Shown: piece after piece, positions 9,285 through 19,258 of the stretch
Layout of the letters: each line of letters starts with the position of its first letter
Position numbering within the stretch: position 1 is the stretch's first letter
DNA from: an uncultured delta proteobacterium
GTDB lineage: Bacteria > Myxococcota_A > Polyangia > Polyangiales > Polyangiaceae
DNA length: 57,938 bases
Assembly: GCA_963716725.1 (NCBI GenBank)
Contig: CAVQUB010000028.1
Span: 1 to 57,938, forward strand
Direction of reading: 5' to 3'
Made by a program: the position numbers and the translations under genes
The notes under the pieces: model-generated
The model's database searches: none
What the model was told of the DNA's origin: nothing
What the model saw: the letters and a program-made list of their open reading frames with translations, nothing else

Positions 9285-9908
9285 ATGTCCTGGCTTCTCG
9301 CGAAGATTTACGACTCTTTCATGGCCAAGGCCGAGCGGGCGTGCCTCTCGGAATGGCGCGGCGAGCTCTTGGCGCCGCTCAGCGGGGACCTGCTCGAGAT
9401 CGGCGCGGGCACCGGCGCGAACCTCTCGCACTACGGTGCCGGCCTGTCGCGTCTGGTACTCTGCGAGCCCGACCCTCACATGCGGGGTCGGCTGGCGAGC
9501 AGGGTCGCGGGCCAGGTCGCGCGCGCGGAGGTGGAGGTGATCGACGCCGGCGTCGAGGTGCTGCCTGCCGATGCGGGCGCCTTCGATGTCGTGGTCTCGA
9601 CCCTGGTGCTGTGCAGCGTGGAGGATCTCCAGCTCGCGCTGGGCGAGATCCACCGAGTGCTCCGGCCCGGGGGACGGTTGGTATTCCTCGAACACGTCGC
9701 TGCGGAGGACCACTCGCAGCGCTTGAAGTGGCAAGAGCGGCTCGAACCCGCCTGGGTGCGTCTCGCGTCGGGGTGTCATCTGACGAGGCGCACCGACCGC
9801 GCCATCGAGCGTGCGGGGTTCGAAATCACCTCACTCACCCGGCAGAGCATGAGAAAGGCGCTGCCCTTCGTGCGCCCGACCATTCGTGGGGTGGCGATCC
9901 GACCGTGA
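9285..9908 (+). CDS. Class I SAM-dependent methyltransferase
   Basis: LLEIGAGTGANL, FDVVVSTLVLCSV, RVLRPGGRLVFLEH, GCHLTR. Confidence 0.88.
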   Translation: MSWLLAKIYDSFMAKAERACLSEWRGELLAPLSGDLLEIGAGTGANLSHYGAGLSRLVLCEPDPHMRGRLASRVAGQVARAEVEVIDAGVEVLPADAGAFDVVVSTLVLCSVEDLQLALGEIHRVLRPGGRLVFLEHVAAEDHSQRLKWQERLEPAWVRLASGCHLTRRTDRAIERAGFEITSLTRQSMRKALPFVRPTIRGVAIRP

Positions 9909-11923
9909 ACGACTATCCTCGCGCCGAAGTGGTCATCCAGATCCCCGATCACGACGAGACACTGTCCGCGCTGGGACAAAGCGAGATCCACTCGCAACGC
10001 GAGCCCGGGGTGAGCTTTCGCATCGGGACGCTGCTCGGGACCGGCGCCATGGGTATCGCGTACTTCGGCATGCGCCGCGCGGCGGACGGCAAGTCGCCCA
10101 TCGTGATCAAGCTGCTGAAGCCAGGCTATGTGCTGCAGGCAGGGGACACGGCACGGCTGGTGGTCGACAAAGAGGCGACGGCCCTGTCGCGGCTCAACAA
10201 CCGGGTTCCGCCCACGCCCTTCGTGGTTCGAATGATCGACACCGGAGTCATCCCCGTGGTGTACAGCGGGCGCCGGCTCGAGTTGCCGTGGCTCGCCCTC
10301 GAGTACGTGCACGGCGGCGTCGAAGGCACCACGTTGACCGAGCGCGTCGCGTACAGCGTGGACAAGACCGGCTACGCATTCGATCCAGCGCGGGCGGGCC
10401 TGGCGGTGGACTGCATCTCCAAGGGCATCGATGCGGTGCACGAGATGGGCGTCATCCACCGGGATCTGACGCCCAACAACGTGCTCTGCTGCGGCTTCGG
10501 GGACAGCGAGATCTTCAAGATCACGGACTTTGGGCTGGCCCGTCCCCTGGGCATGAACGCCACCTTCGGCGGCATCGTGGTCGGGACCGTCGGCTACGCG
10601 CCGCCGGAGCAGGCCGCCCTCGACGATCGCCGCATTGGGACCTGGAGCGACGTCTTCACCTTCGCGGTCGACCTGTATTTCATGCTGACCGGCCGTGGCT
10701 ACTTCCCGACGCGCAACGCCATGGATTCGTTGGCGCTGATTCGTTCGCCGGAGCGGACCAGCATCCTCGAGTCCGCCATGCTCTCGCCGGAACTCAGATC
10801 CCAACCCGCAGCCTGTGCGGGCATCGACCTCGCGCTCCGCCTGGCGACCAGTACGCGCCCCGAAGATCGACCGAAGACCGCGTCGATGTTCGCATCGATG
10901 GTGCTGCCCTGGCTCAAAGGCGTGCCTCGTTCGCGTCCGGCGTCGGCGCGCCTGATTGAGAGCGTGGCGCCGGTCACCGCGCCGACCGCGCCGGGCGAGT
11001 CCGCGTGGCGCTGGACGGTGCGCCACCTGCCCGGTGACGACCAGGTCGTTCGGAGCGTCGCCTGGGACGGTGACGGCCGCTGCCTCGCGGCCACCAATCA
11101 AGGCCTGCGCTTCTGGAACGGGACAGGTTGGCTCGAGGCACCGATGCACGATCTGCCGAATCAACGAGGCATCCGCTTCGTGCAGCGCGCCTCGGCGGGC
11201 AGCTGGCTGGTGGGCGGCGACCAAGCGACGCTCGCCACGTACTCCGCCGACGGAGTATCCGAGGTCGTGCGCGGTCCCTCGCCCGAGGTGAGCTTCTCCC
11301 ACGCCAGCGGCGACTTTTCCGATCTCGCGGTGGTGGTGGGTGAGTCCGAAGGCCGACCCCCGGTGCTGTTCGCGATTTCGGCGCGGCGCTGGCTCAAGCC
11401 GCTCACGCTGGCGGACGTGGCGCGCGTCAGCGCCATTGCGCGCATGGGAGACGATCGTTGGCTGATCGTCGGACGTCGGGGCGACGGAGCCGGGTTTGCC
11501 GCGGTCTACCACCCGCTGATGTGGCAGGTGCAGATGTTGGACATCCCCCGGGTCCGAGCGATGCTGTCGTGCGCGGGGCGCTCCGATCGTCGAGTCGGCG
11601 TCGCGACGGGTAGTGAGGGCTTGGTGATCTGCGTCGACGACGGCGGCGAGAGCCACTGGTTCCTGAAGGGCAAACCCGACCTGCCGGCGGCGGCGGTCGA
11701 CGTTGCGGGCCGGATCTGGGCCAGCGGCGCCGGCGGCATCTTCATGCGGGAGCCGGGCTCCGAGACCTTCGAGCCGGTTTGGCAAGATCCAACCTGGGTG
11801 ACTCCCATCGTCAGTCTGTTCGCGGACATCGGCATCGTGATTGCGATGGGCGCTGACGGCGGCATCGTAGAAGGCACTCGCGTGAGCGTCGATCCGGTGA
11901 CGTCGACGGACCGACCTTGGTGA
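9905..11923 (+). CDS. Hanks-type Ser/Thr protein kinase with C-terminal beta-propeller-like region
   Basis: GTGAMG, VIKLL, HRDLTPNN, DFGLA, GTVGYAPPEQ, DVFTF; the GTG start overlaps the upstream TGA. Confidence 0.85.
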   Translation: MNDYPRAEVVIQIPDHDETLSALGQSEIHSQREPGVSFRIGTLLGTGAMGIAYFGMRRAADGKSPIVIKLLKPGYVLQAGDTARLVVDKEATALSRLNNRVPPTPFVVRMIDTGVIPVVYSGRRLELPWLALEYVHGGVEGTTLTERVAYSVDKTGYAFDPARAGLAVDCISKGIDAVHEMGVIHRDLTPNNVLCCGFGDSEIFKITDFGLARPLGMNATFGGIVVGTVGYAPPEQAALDDRRIGTWSDVFTFAVDLYFMLTGRGYFPTRNAMDSLALIRSPERTSILESAMLSPELRSQPAACAGIDLALRLATSTRPEDRPKTASMFASMVLPWLKGVPRSRPASARLIESVAPVTAPTAPGESAWRWTVRHLPGDDQVVRSVAWDGDGRCLAATNQGLRFWNGTGWLEAPMHDLPNQRGIRFVQRASAGSWLVGGDQATLATYSADGVSEVVRGPSPEVSFSHASGDFSDLAVVVGESEGRPPVLFAISARRWLKPLTLADVARVSAIARMGDDRWLIVGRRGDGAGFAAVYHPLMWQVQMLDIPRVRAMLSCAGRSDRRVGVATGSEGLVICVDDGGESHWFLKGKPDLPAAAVDVAGRIWASGAGGIFMREPGSETFEPVWQDPTWVTPIVSLFADIGIVIAMGADGGIVEGTRVSVDPVTSTDRPW

Positions 11924-11925
11924 GC

Positions 11926-14166
11926 TCAGCGACCGTGGCTGAGCATGATGGTCGCGCAGGGGGCGCGCCGCGCCACGTCGATGGCGAACTGACCGAAGAG
12001 TGCCTTGCCACCGACGCGGGGTAGGCCCAAGACCACCAGATCGAAGCCCTGGGCGGCGGTCACGACGGCGTCGACGGGCCCCTCGCTCCGTATTGCGCGC
12101 ACGTCGGTCCTGCCGCCGGCCTCTTCGTGAGCCAAGCGCTCGAGGGCGCGCTCCGCTTCCCGAAGCCGATCGTCGCCGGTGTCGCTCGGCAGCACCCGCA
12201 GGTACTCGATCTTGCGCCGACCGCTCCGGTGGAGCGTGCCCAAGAGGCGAGCGCGCAGTTCGTGCTGCCGTCCGCCGCCCCCGGTTGGCACCAACACGCG
12301 AGCGACCCGTTTCAGATCGAACCCGGGCTTGGCGTTGAGCACGGCCACGTCGCAGTCGACCCGATTGAGCAAGCGCTCGAGCTCGCCGAGAGTGTGGTTT
12401 TCGTCCAAGCGCGTGAGGCCGAGCAAGATGCCTTCGCACTGGCGCCAGCGGGCTACCCGCTCGATCTCGTCCCAGGGAGAAGCGGCGATGGTCATCAGCG
12501 CTTCGGGTTTGTGCCCGCGTTCGAGCGCGCGCGTGACCGCTTCGACCAGCACCTCTTGGGCGCGCAAGAGGCTGGCTGGCGGGCCGTCGTAGAGCTCTTC
12601 TGGCTTCATCACGCTGAGCAAGAGCACGCGCCCCACGTCGGGAGGAGCCAGCGCGCTGGCGACCTCGACCAGTCCCTGCGCGCTCTCGGGATTTGCGACC
12701 GGGACCAGCACCATGGGCGAGCGACCGCGGAGGCGCAGCAGGGCCGGATCGCGAGCCTCGGCCCGGGCGTCCACGATCTCGGCCTTCGAGGCAAACGCGG
12801 CCACGTAGAGCAAGACGCCGAGGCCCAGCCAGACCGCGCTGATGCCGCCGGCGGCCGGCACGGTGACGGCCTGGAAGAGCGCCAGCGAGACGCAGCACAC
12901 TCCGCCGACGATGGGCACGGCCGGAAAGAACGGCGCGCGAAAGGCGTCCGGCGACGCGCCGCCCCGCCGCCGCGACAGATAGGCGGTCCAGTGCGCGAGG
13001 GCGAACGACACCAAGAAGATCAGGCCGGCGGCCGCGCCCGCCGACGCGAGGTCGGGGACCATGAACAGGATCGAGACCACCGCGAGCATGGTGGCGTAGA
13101 GCGCCATCACCGGCGTGCCGTGGACGCGATGCTCTTCAGCAAGGAGGCGGGGCAGGGTTCGGTCGACGGCCATGGTGTGCGCCACCCGGGAGGCAGCGAG
13201 CAGGCATGCTTGCAGCGCCGACAGCGTCGAGAGCACCGCCGCCACCATCACCAGCAGGTAGCCGAAGGGCCCCAGGAACTCGCGGACCGCGGCCGCGGTC
13301 ACCGTGTCGCCGTGTTGCTCCGCGAATGCCGTGATGTGGGTGCCCGCAGGCGTGCCCGCCGTGGTCATGATGAACAGGAGCGGCAGGTAGACGGCCATTC
13401 CGAGCCCGAGGGAGGCGAGGGAGGCCCGCGGGATGTTCTTGCGCGGCTCCTTCACGTCGCCGCCCACGCCCGCGATCAGCTCGAAGCCCTGCACCGCGAT
13501 GAAAGTCGCGCCCATCGCCGTGAGCACCCCGATGAAGCCCTTTGGCATGAAGGGCACGAGATCCCGGGCAATGGGGTCGCCACGCCGCACGCCGAGCGCC
13601 CAAAGTCCGCCGGCGAGCAGCACCGCAAACACCACCAGCTTGCCGATGGTCGCCCACTGGCCGCCGCCCGTGGGTTTTCGCGCGAGCGCGACCACGTAGC
13701 TGCCCGACGCCAGGATGGCGGCCACCAAGGCCGCGCGCCTCCCGGTCAGCCACCCTGGGGCCGGCAGGCCCGCGGCCCGGAGTCCGTCGGCCAGCAGCGC
13801 GGTGCCGTACTCGGCGAAGCCGAGCGCGTAGAGCACCGCGCCGACGATGTACGCAAACCAAAGCACCCAACCCACGGCGAAGGCGGCGCGCACGCTCAGG
13901 ATCTTCTTGGCGAACACGTAGGCGCCGCCGGACTCGGGGAATGCCGTGCCGAGCTCGGCGAAGGAGAGGGCCGTGATGGCGGCGATCAGCCCATTCAGAG
14001 CGAAGGCCAGGAGGGCAGCCGGTCCGGCCTCCCGAAAGGCGACGCCGGCCAGGACGATGATGCCGCCGCCGACCATGGCGCCGACGCCGATGCCGGTGGC
14101 GCCGAGCATGCCCAGGGTCCGCTCGCGGCTAGCGGACTCCAGGCGAGAGTCGGGGGACGGGTCCAA
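11926..14166 (-). CDS. APC-family amino acid permease fused to universal stress protein-like domains
   Basis: GVGAMVGGGI, ELGTAFPESGGAY, about 12 TM, then VLVPVANP and VLVPTGG USP-like segments. Confidence 0.85.
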   Translation of the reverse strand: MDPSPDSRLESASRERTLGMLGATGIGVGAMVGGGIIVLAGVAFREAGPAALLAFALNGLIAAITALSFAELGTAFPESGGAYVFAKKILSVRAAFAVGWVLWFAYIVGAVLYALGFAEYGTALLADGLRAAGLPAPGWLTGRRAALVAAILASGSYVVALARKPTGGGQWATIGKLVVFAVLLAGGLWALGVRRGDPIARDLVPFMPKGFIGVLTAMGATFIAVQGFELIAGVGGDVKEPRKNIPRASLASLGLGMAVYLPLLFIMTTAGTPAGTHITAFAEQHGDTVTAAAVREFLGPFGYLLVMVAAVLSTLSALQACLLAASRVAHTMAVDRTLPRLLAEEHRVHGTPVMALYATMLAVVSILFMVPDLASAGAAAGLIFLVSFALAHWTAYLSRRRGGASPDAFRAPFFPAVPIVGGVCCVSLALFQAVTVPAAGGISAVWLGLGVLLYVAAFASKAEIVDARAEARDPALLRLRGRSPMVLVPVANPESAQGLVEVASALAPPDVGRVLLLSVMKPEELYDGPPASLLRAQEVLVEAVTRALERGHKPEALMTIAASPWDEIERVARWRQCEGILLGLTRLDENHTLGELERLLNRVDCDVAVLNAKPGFDLKRVARVLVPTGGGGRQHELRARLLGTLHRSGRRKIEYLRVLPSDTGDDRLREAERALERLAHEEAGGRTDVRAIRSEGPVDAVVTAAQGFDLVVLGLPRVGGKALFGQFAIDVARRAPCATIMLSHGR

Positions 14167-14170
14167 TCGA

Positions 14171-14866
14171 TCACATGTTCAGGCGGCGGGCGAAGGCGGG
14201 GTTCTTCTCCACGAACTTGGTGGAGAACACGCTGACCAAGGTGCCCTGGGCGGTGCGGACCATCAGCGCTTGGGTGCCGGCGAGGGCGCCTCCGGTGAGG
14301 TTGCAGTGAAGCAGGGCGCCGCCGTGGGCGTTCTTCAGCGCCGAGCCACCGCCGAGCTGCTCGCAAGTCACGTCCCCCGCGCTGGTGGTCGCGAACTCGA
14401 AGGCGTCGGGCTCGGCCTCCCAGTAGGTCACGCTGAGCTTGTGCTCGCTCGCCGTGCGTTCCCGGATGCACCAGCGCTCCGTCCCCTTGGTAGGATCGGC
14501 CGGTGCGGTGCAGGCGACGTTCACCGCCGCGCCCGCCGGGTTGCCCTTGTGCGTGGCCACCCACTCGGTGAAGAGCTTCAACAGCTGCTCAGTCTGCTGC
14601 TTCTTGGCGTCCGAAGCCGCCTTGCGAGTGGCCGCTGCTGACTGCTGTTCGACGATCTCCTTGTCGAGGGCGTCGAGGGTAGTGCGGTCGGCGCAGTGTT
14701 TGTAGGCGTAGTCGCGCCACTGCCGAGCGGCGTTGAAATCTTCGGCCGCGATGCCCTGGCGGATCACGCCCTGGGCGTTCTCGCACTTCTTCGGATCCTT
14801 CAGGTTGCACCCGGTGGCGCAGACGACGACCAGAGCAAAGAACGACGCTGTACGGGCGAGCCTCAT
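14171..14866 (-). CDS. Hypothetical lipoprotein
   Basis: Signal with ATGC lipobox, several Cys; TAGTAT 9 nt upstream. Confidence 0.6.
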   Translation of the reverse strand: MRLARTASFFALVVVCATGCNLKDPKKCENAQGVIRQGIAAEDFNAARQWRDYAYKHCADRTTLDALDKEIVEQQSAAATRKAASDAKKQQTEQLLKLFTEWVATHKGNPAGAAVNVACTAPADPTKGTERWCIRERTASEHKLSVTYWEAEPDAFEFATTSAGDVTCEQLGGGSALKNAHGGALLHCNLTGGALAGTQALMVRTAQGTLVSVFSTKFVEKNPAFARRLNM

Positions 14867-14894
14867 GGGACGGGCATACTAGAGCGAACCGCCG

Positions 14895-16256
14895 TCAGCT
14901 AGCCAGCGGTGGATCGGCGGCCGAGAGCCGGGTTTCTTGGCCCTGTCGAGACTCCCCGCTGCGGTCGAGAGCGAGCTTGAACAGGATCGGGCCGATCACT
15001 TCGTTGATGGCCACCACCGCGATACACAGGGACCGAAGTCCCGGCCCGAAACTGGGAAAGGTGTTGGCCACCACCATCGAGAGACCGAGCGTCAGGCCAG
15101 CCTGCGAGACGAGCCCGGACCAGCCCCAGCGGCGGATCACCGCCGGATCTCTTGCCACGCGGGTGCTCGCGCGATGCGCGAGCCAGGTGAAGACGGCACG
15201 GCCGGCCGACAAAGCCAGGGCCAGAGGCCAGAGCGCGCGCAGCAGGGGGACATCCAGATGTGCGCCGGCCGAAGCGAAGAACACCACAAACACGATGGCG
15301 CTGGTCTGCTCGACCGCGAAGAGGAGCTTCTCACCTTGCCGAGAGAAGTTCTGAACCACGAAGCCTGCGATCAAGAAGGTCAGGAGCGGATCGAAATGCA
15401 GGTAACGCAGCCCCGCGGTGAGGCCGTAACCCATCGCCATCAGCACGACCAGAAGCTCCGAACTCACGAAGCGCAAGTAGAGCGCCAGCAGGAGACCGAG
15501 CGAGACGCCCAGTGAGGTGCTGCCCAAGAGCTCGTGCCCCAAGGCCTCGAAGTCCGAGAGCGATGCTTGCGCGCTCGGGTCGACGAGCTGGCGCGCGATC
15601 ATCATGGAGAAGGCCAGGACTACCAGCACCACGACGTCGCTGGACATGACGAAGGCCAGCGTGAAACGCGTGACCGGACCGCGCGCGCGGGTCTGCGAGA
15701 GGATGGCGAGCGTCGCGCTCGGGCTGCGGCTGACGGCGAGCACGCCCCAGAGCAAGCCGGCGCCGAGGGTGGCCAGCGTCGCGTGCCCGGCCAGAAAAGG
15801 CATGAATCGGGCGAGAAAGAAGAACATGACCGTGGTCAGCACCAGCACGATCAGCGACTGGAAGAGCATCGCCGAGGCGAGACTCTTGGCCGATTCGCGC
15901 AGATCTGCCAGGCGCAGCTCCGCGCCGCCGGCCAGCGCGATCAGCGCGAGCGCCAAGGTGTTGACCACCGACAGCTGCTCGACCGTGTCGTGATCGATCA
16001 AGTGCAAGACGTGCGGTCCTGCGACGACGCCTGCCAGGATGTAGCCGGTGAGGTGTGGGAGGCCGACGACCTCACAGATTTCGCTCGCGAGGGTGCCGGC
16101 GAGCAGGAGAAATCCCAGCGCTCCGACCAGCGATGCCACGCCTTGCGATTGCGGCACGACCTGCACGCCCAGCCAGAGCAGGCCGAAGAGCGCGATCAGC
16201 GTCACGAGCTGCGTCAGGCGCGCGGCCGCGGACTTTGCCGGCGCGGCGCTGCTCAC
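14895..16256 (-). CDS. Cation:proton antiporter (CPA family)
   Basis: GLPHLTGYILAGVVAGP, GGAEL, SPSAT, FFASAGAHL, QAGLTLGL, NEVIGP. Confidence 0.85.
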   Translation of the reverse strand: MSSAAPAKSAAARLTQLVTLIALFGLLWLGVQVVPQSQGVASLVGALGFLLLAGTLASEICEVVGLPHLTGYILAGVVAGPHVLHLIDHDTVEQLSVVNTLALALIALAGGAELRLADLRESAKSLASAMLFQSLIVLVLTTVMFFFLARFMPFLAGHATLATLGAGLLWGVLAVSRSPSATLAILSQTRARGPVTRFTLAFVMSSDVVVLVVLAFSMMIARQLVDPSAQASLSDFEALGHELLGSTSLGVSLGLLLALYLRFVSSELLVVLMAMGYGLTAGLRYLHFDPLLTFLIAGFVVQNFSRQGEKLLFAVEQTSAIVFVVFFASAGAHLDVPLLRALWPLALALSAGRAVFTWLAHRASTRVARDPAVIRRWGWSGLVSQAGLTLGLSMVVANTFPSFGPGLRSLCIAVVAINEVIGPILFKLALDRSGESRQGQETRLSAADPPLAS

Positions 16257-17497
16257 GCTGCCCCCGCGGGCGGTGCGGCGCTCGGGCGCTGGCCCGATCG
16301 CGAGGATGCGGGCGCATCGATTTCACCTGCGCGCTGCAGCGCAAAGCGCAGCGACGTCGGACCGACGAGCTCGCCGAACAGGGTCACGGAGAGCGCCGAC
16401 ACCAGCACCGTCTGGCCGACCTCGCCGGGAAACCTCAGGGCGAACGCCAGGCCGAAGGCCATGGCCAGCGCACCCGAGGGCAAGAGCCCGAAGCCGAGGA
16501 AGGGTCCCGAGTTGCGGCCGCCGCGGGACAAACGCAAGAGCGCGCCGCTGGTCCACTTCACGGCGGTGCGCGCGGTGAGCACCACCGCAATCAACAGGCC
16601 CAGGCGCGGCGGCGCCCCGAAGTCGACGTAGGCGCCTGCCAACACCAATACCGGCAGGAGCACGGAATGCTCGGTGGGCTCGAGCATGGCGCGGAGCTCC
16701 TCGCGGCGGCCGGCCAGGACCGCGACGGTGAGGCCGAGTACGAAGGAGATCCCCAGACCCGAGCCGCCGATGCGGGTCGCGATGCCGACGCCGAAGAGCG
16801 CGGTGCCCAGGACGATGCCCCAAGTCTGAGTCACCCGGGCTTCGACCCGGAGCAGCGCCGACGACAGCGCGCCGAGGAGGACTCCGACGCCGACCGTGGC
16901 GAGCGCGAGACCCCAATGGGGGAGCACAAAGGCGAGCCCGGGCATGGGTTTCAGCGTGAACGCGACGATGATGGCGAGCAGCGGGACGATGTCGTCACCG
17001 TCCGCGATGTCCGCCACCAATTCCGAGAGCGGACCGGCGGCGCCGTAGCGCTCCGCGACCCACCGCACCGCGTAGCGCGTCGTCTCGCAGGAGATGGCGC
17101 CCACTCCGATGCACGCGATCAGCAGATCTTGCCCCGCCAACGAAGTGAAGCTCTGTGCGAAGACGGCGAAGGCGGCGGCCACGCCGACCGCCGAACCCAG
17201 CGAGAGGACCACCGCAGCCAGCAGTCGTCGCAGGCGGATGCGCCGGCCGCCCACGAAGCCGTAGTCCACGCCAGTCAAGAGCGCGAGCCACGCGAGGGCG
17301 ACGAGCGCGAGGGGCTCGAGCGCGGACAGGGTCGGCCGATCGACGGCGCCGAGCAAGTGCGGCCCGAGCACGAGCCCGAGCAGCACCCACTCGGATCCCG
17401 ACGGCAGCCCGTGGCCGCGAACGGCGCGCCCGCCCACCAAGATGCTGCCGAGGTACGCCAGCACGAGCAGGCCCACCAAGACCAGGATCGAGCTCAA
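16253..17497 (-). CDS. Divergent CPA/Kef-like antiporter membrane protein
   Basis: GLPSGSEWVLLGLVLGPHLLG, many TM, ELVGP; start and stop overlap both neighbours. Confidence 0.65.
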   Translation of the reverse strand: MSSILVLVGLLVLAYLGSILVGGRAVRGHGLPSGSEWVLLGLVLGPHLLGAVDRPTLSALEPLALVALAWLALLTGVDYGFVGGRRIRLRRLLAAVVLSLGSAVGVAAAFAVFAQSFTSLAGQDLLIACIGVGAISCETTRYAVRWVAERYGAAGPLSELVADIADGDDIVPLLAIIVAFTLKPMPGLAFVLPHWGLALATVGVGVLLGALSSALLRVEARVTQTWGIVLGTALFGVGIATRIGGSGLGISFVLGLTVAVLAGRREELRAMLEPTEHSVLLPVLVLAGAYVDFGAPPRLGLLIAVVLTARTAVKWTSGALLRLSRGGRNSGPFLGFGLLPSGALAMAFGLAFALRFPGEVGQTVLVSALSVTLFGELVGPTSLRFALQRAGEIDAPASSRSGQRPSAAPPAGAA

Positions 17498-19230
17498 GCG
17501 TCCCCCGCGCCCTGTCCTCGACCGAGGCCGATGCCGCGCTCGCCCAATGCGTCGAGCAGCGCCGCCAGCACCTCGCTTCGCGAGGCTTCGACCTCGGCCG
17601 AGAGCAGCACTCGGAAGCTGAGGCCGTCAGCGCTCGCGGAGACGAGTTCGACCTTTGCGTCGGCGTGGAGCCGTCGGGCGGCTTCCAGCAGCGCTTCACC
17701 CGCGTTCGTCGGTTTTGCCGCGGCCGAGACCACGACGTCAATCGCACGCTCCCGAGTCCCCGGCACGAGCTCGGAGGTCTTGAACAAGAGCAGCAGGTGG
17801 GGCACGCGCACGAGCGCGCCTTGTTCCGTCTCGATCTGAACGTCGACCAGCCCAATGCTCTTGACGCGACCGGTGTGGGAGCCAATTCGCGTCAGGTCAC
17901 CCGGCGACAGTCGCCGCGAATAGAGCACGGCCGCCCCGGCCAAGGCGGTTGCGAGCAGGGGAGTCGCAGCAAGGCCGAGCGACGCGACGACCACCGTGCC
18001 CACGCGCGCCAGCGCGCCCTGCTCGTCTCCGGTGACGACGGGCGCAGCGAAGACCAAGACTGCCGCCACGATGCCGACCCGCAAGAGCGTGCTGGTGGGC
18101 GTTGCGCGCTCGGCTGACACCCACTCCACATGGGTCTCGCCGCGGGCGACACTGGCAAAGAACATCGCGACGAAGCGCAGGACGACGAGCACCGCGACCG
18201 TGGCGATGATGGTGACGACCAGCATCGGCAGGGTCGCGACCGTGCGCCCGACGAGCCCGGTGATCGGCGAGACGACCAGGCTCGTGAGTTTCTGGGTGTA
18301 GGGGCGGGTCGTTTCGAAGAGCGAGAGAGTGCCCAGCAGCCACAGATACCCGATCCCGATCTGCCCGATGAATCGCAGCGCTCCGAAGCCGACGACGAGG
18401 GCGCTGCGCAGCGCCGCGGGCCGCACGACCTCGAGGGAGTAGATGCGAAGCGCCGGCACCCGATCCGGGTGTTTCACCAGATAGCTGCGCGCGCGCTCGG
18501 TGAACTCGGCGAGCTTGCGCAGCAGGTAGATGGCGAACAGCGCCGCGAGGACCACCAGCGAGAGCGAGAAGACAGTGTTCGCGATGGCGCTGCGCTTTTG
18601 CTCGCGCCGGATGGCCTCGCGGACCTGCGCGGCGACGACCGCCGCGTGGTCCTTGACGCTGCTCGCGCCGGCGGAGCGGGCGTCTTCGGCGTGAAGCTCG
18701 ATGATCGGCGTCTTGTCGACGTAGACCACAGAGGCGTCGGCTCGATCTTCGACGCGCACGTCTTCGGGCTTCTGGCGCGCGACGGCTTGCTTGAGCGCGG
18801 CGGAGGCCGCGTCGGCTCGGGCCTTGGCGGTCTGGGTGCCGTAGCCCGCGTGGACCACGAAGACGGTCGCGTCACCCACGCGTACCGGGGCCTCCGATGC
18901 GCCGCTCGGCGCGGCCTGCGGAGCTGGTCCCGTGCTGTCGACCGGCGCCGCAGCTGCGCTGGGCGGCGGCGTCGCGGTCGCGCTCACGAGTGGCGCAGCG
19001 CTCGGGGCGGCTTCTGCCAGCGCGCTGGCCTCCGCGGCCCCGGCGTCGTCTGTGTCGACGACGATCATGTCGGCGTCGGGCGCGAAGGCCGGCGTCTCTG
19101 CGAGGGCGACTCCGGTCCAGGCTGCGACCAACGCGAGCGCGGCGGTCGCGAGCAGTCGAGCTCGCGACGCGCACTTCGACTTCGGTGCTTTGTCCCGCGG
19201 GGTCAGGCCGGCCAAGCTTCGACCATGCAC
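17494..19230 (-). CDS. MscS-family mechanosensitive channel with large periplasmic N-terminal region
   Basis: Signal-like segment, TM cluster, then LSPGDLTRIGSHTGRVKSIGL..VRVPH (MscS beta domain); start uncertain. Confidence 0.75.
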   Translation of the reverse strand: MHGRSLAGLTPRDKAPKSKCASRARLLATAALALVAAWTGVALAETPAFAPDADMIVVDTDDAGAAEASALAEAAPSAAPLVSATATPPPSAAAAPVDSTGPAPQAAPSGASEAPVRVGDATVFVVHAGYGTQTAKARADAASAALKQAVARQKPEDVRVEDRADASVVYVDKTPIIELHAEDARSAGASSVKDHAAVVAAQVREAIRREQKRSAIANTVFSLSLVVLAALFAIYLLRKLAEFTERARSYLVKHPDRVPALRIYSLEVVRPAALRSALVVGFGALRFIGQIGIGYLWLLGTLSLFETTRPYTQKLTSLVVSPITGLVGRTVATLPMLVVTIIATVAVLVVLRFVAMFFASVARGETHVEWVSAERATPTSTLLRVGIVAAVLVFAAPVVTGDEQGALARVGTVVVASLGLAATPLLATALAGAAVLYSRRLSPGDLTRIGSHTGRVKSIGLVDVQIETEQGALVRVPHLLLLFKTSELVPGTRERAIDVVVSAAAKPTNAGEALLEAARRLHADAKVELVSASADGLSFRVLLSAEVEASRSEVLAALLDALGERGIGLGRGQGAGDA

Positions 19231-19258
19231 GGTGGGCGTGGCAAGGGCGCGGAGCGGA

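Noticed and set aside
9776..12898. Very long alternative ORFs (1040 aa here; also 12127-14235, 28431-30599, 30641-32524, 32831-34918)
   Set aside because: Arg/Ala/Gly-rich shadow frames of well-supported genes, expected in high-GC DNA; no recognisable motifs.
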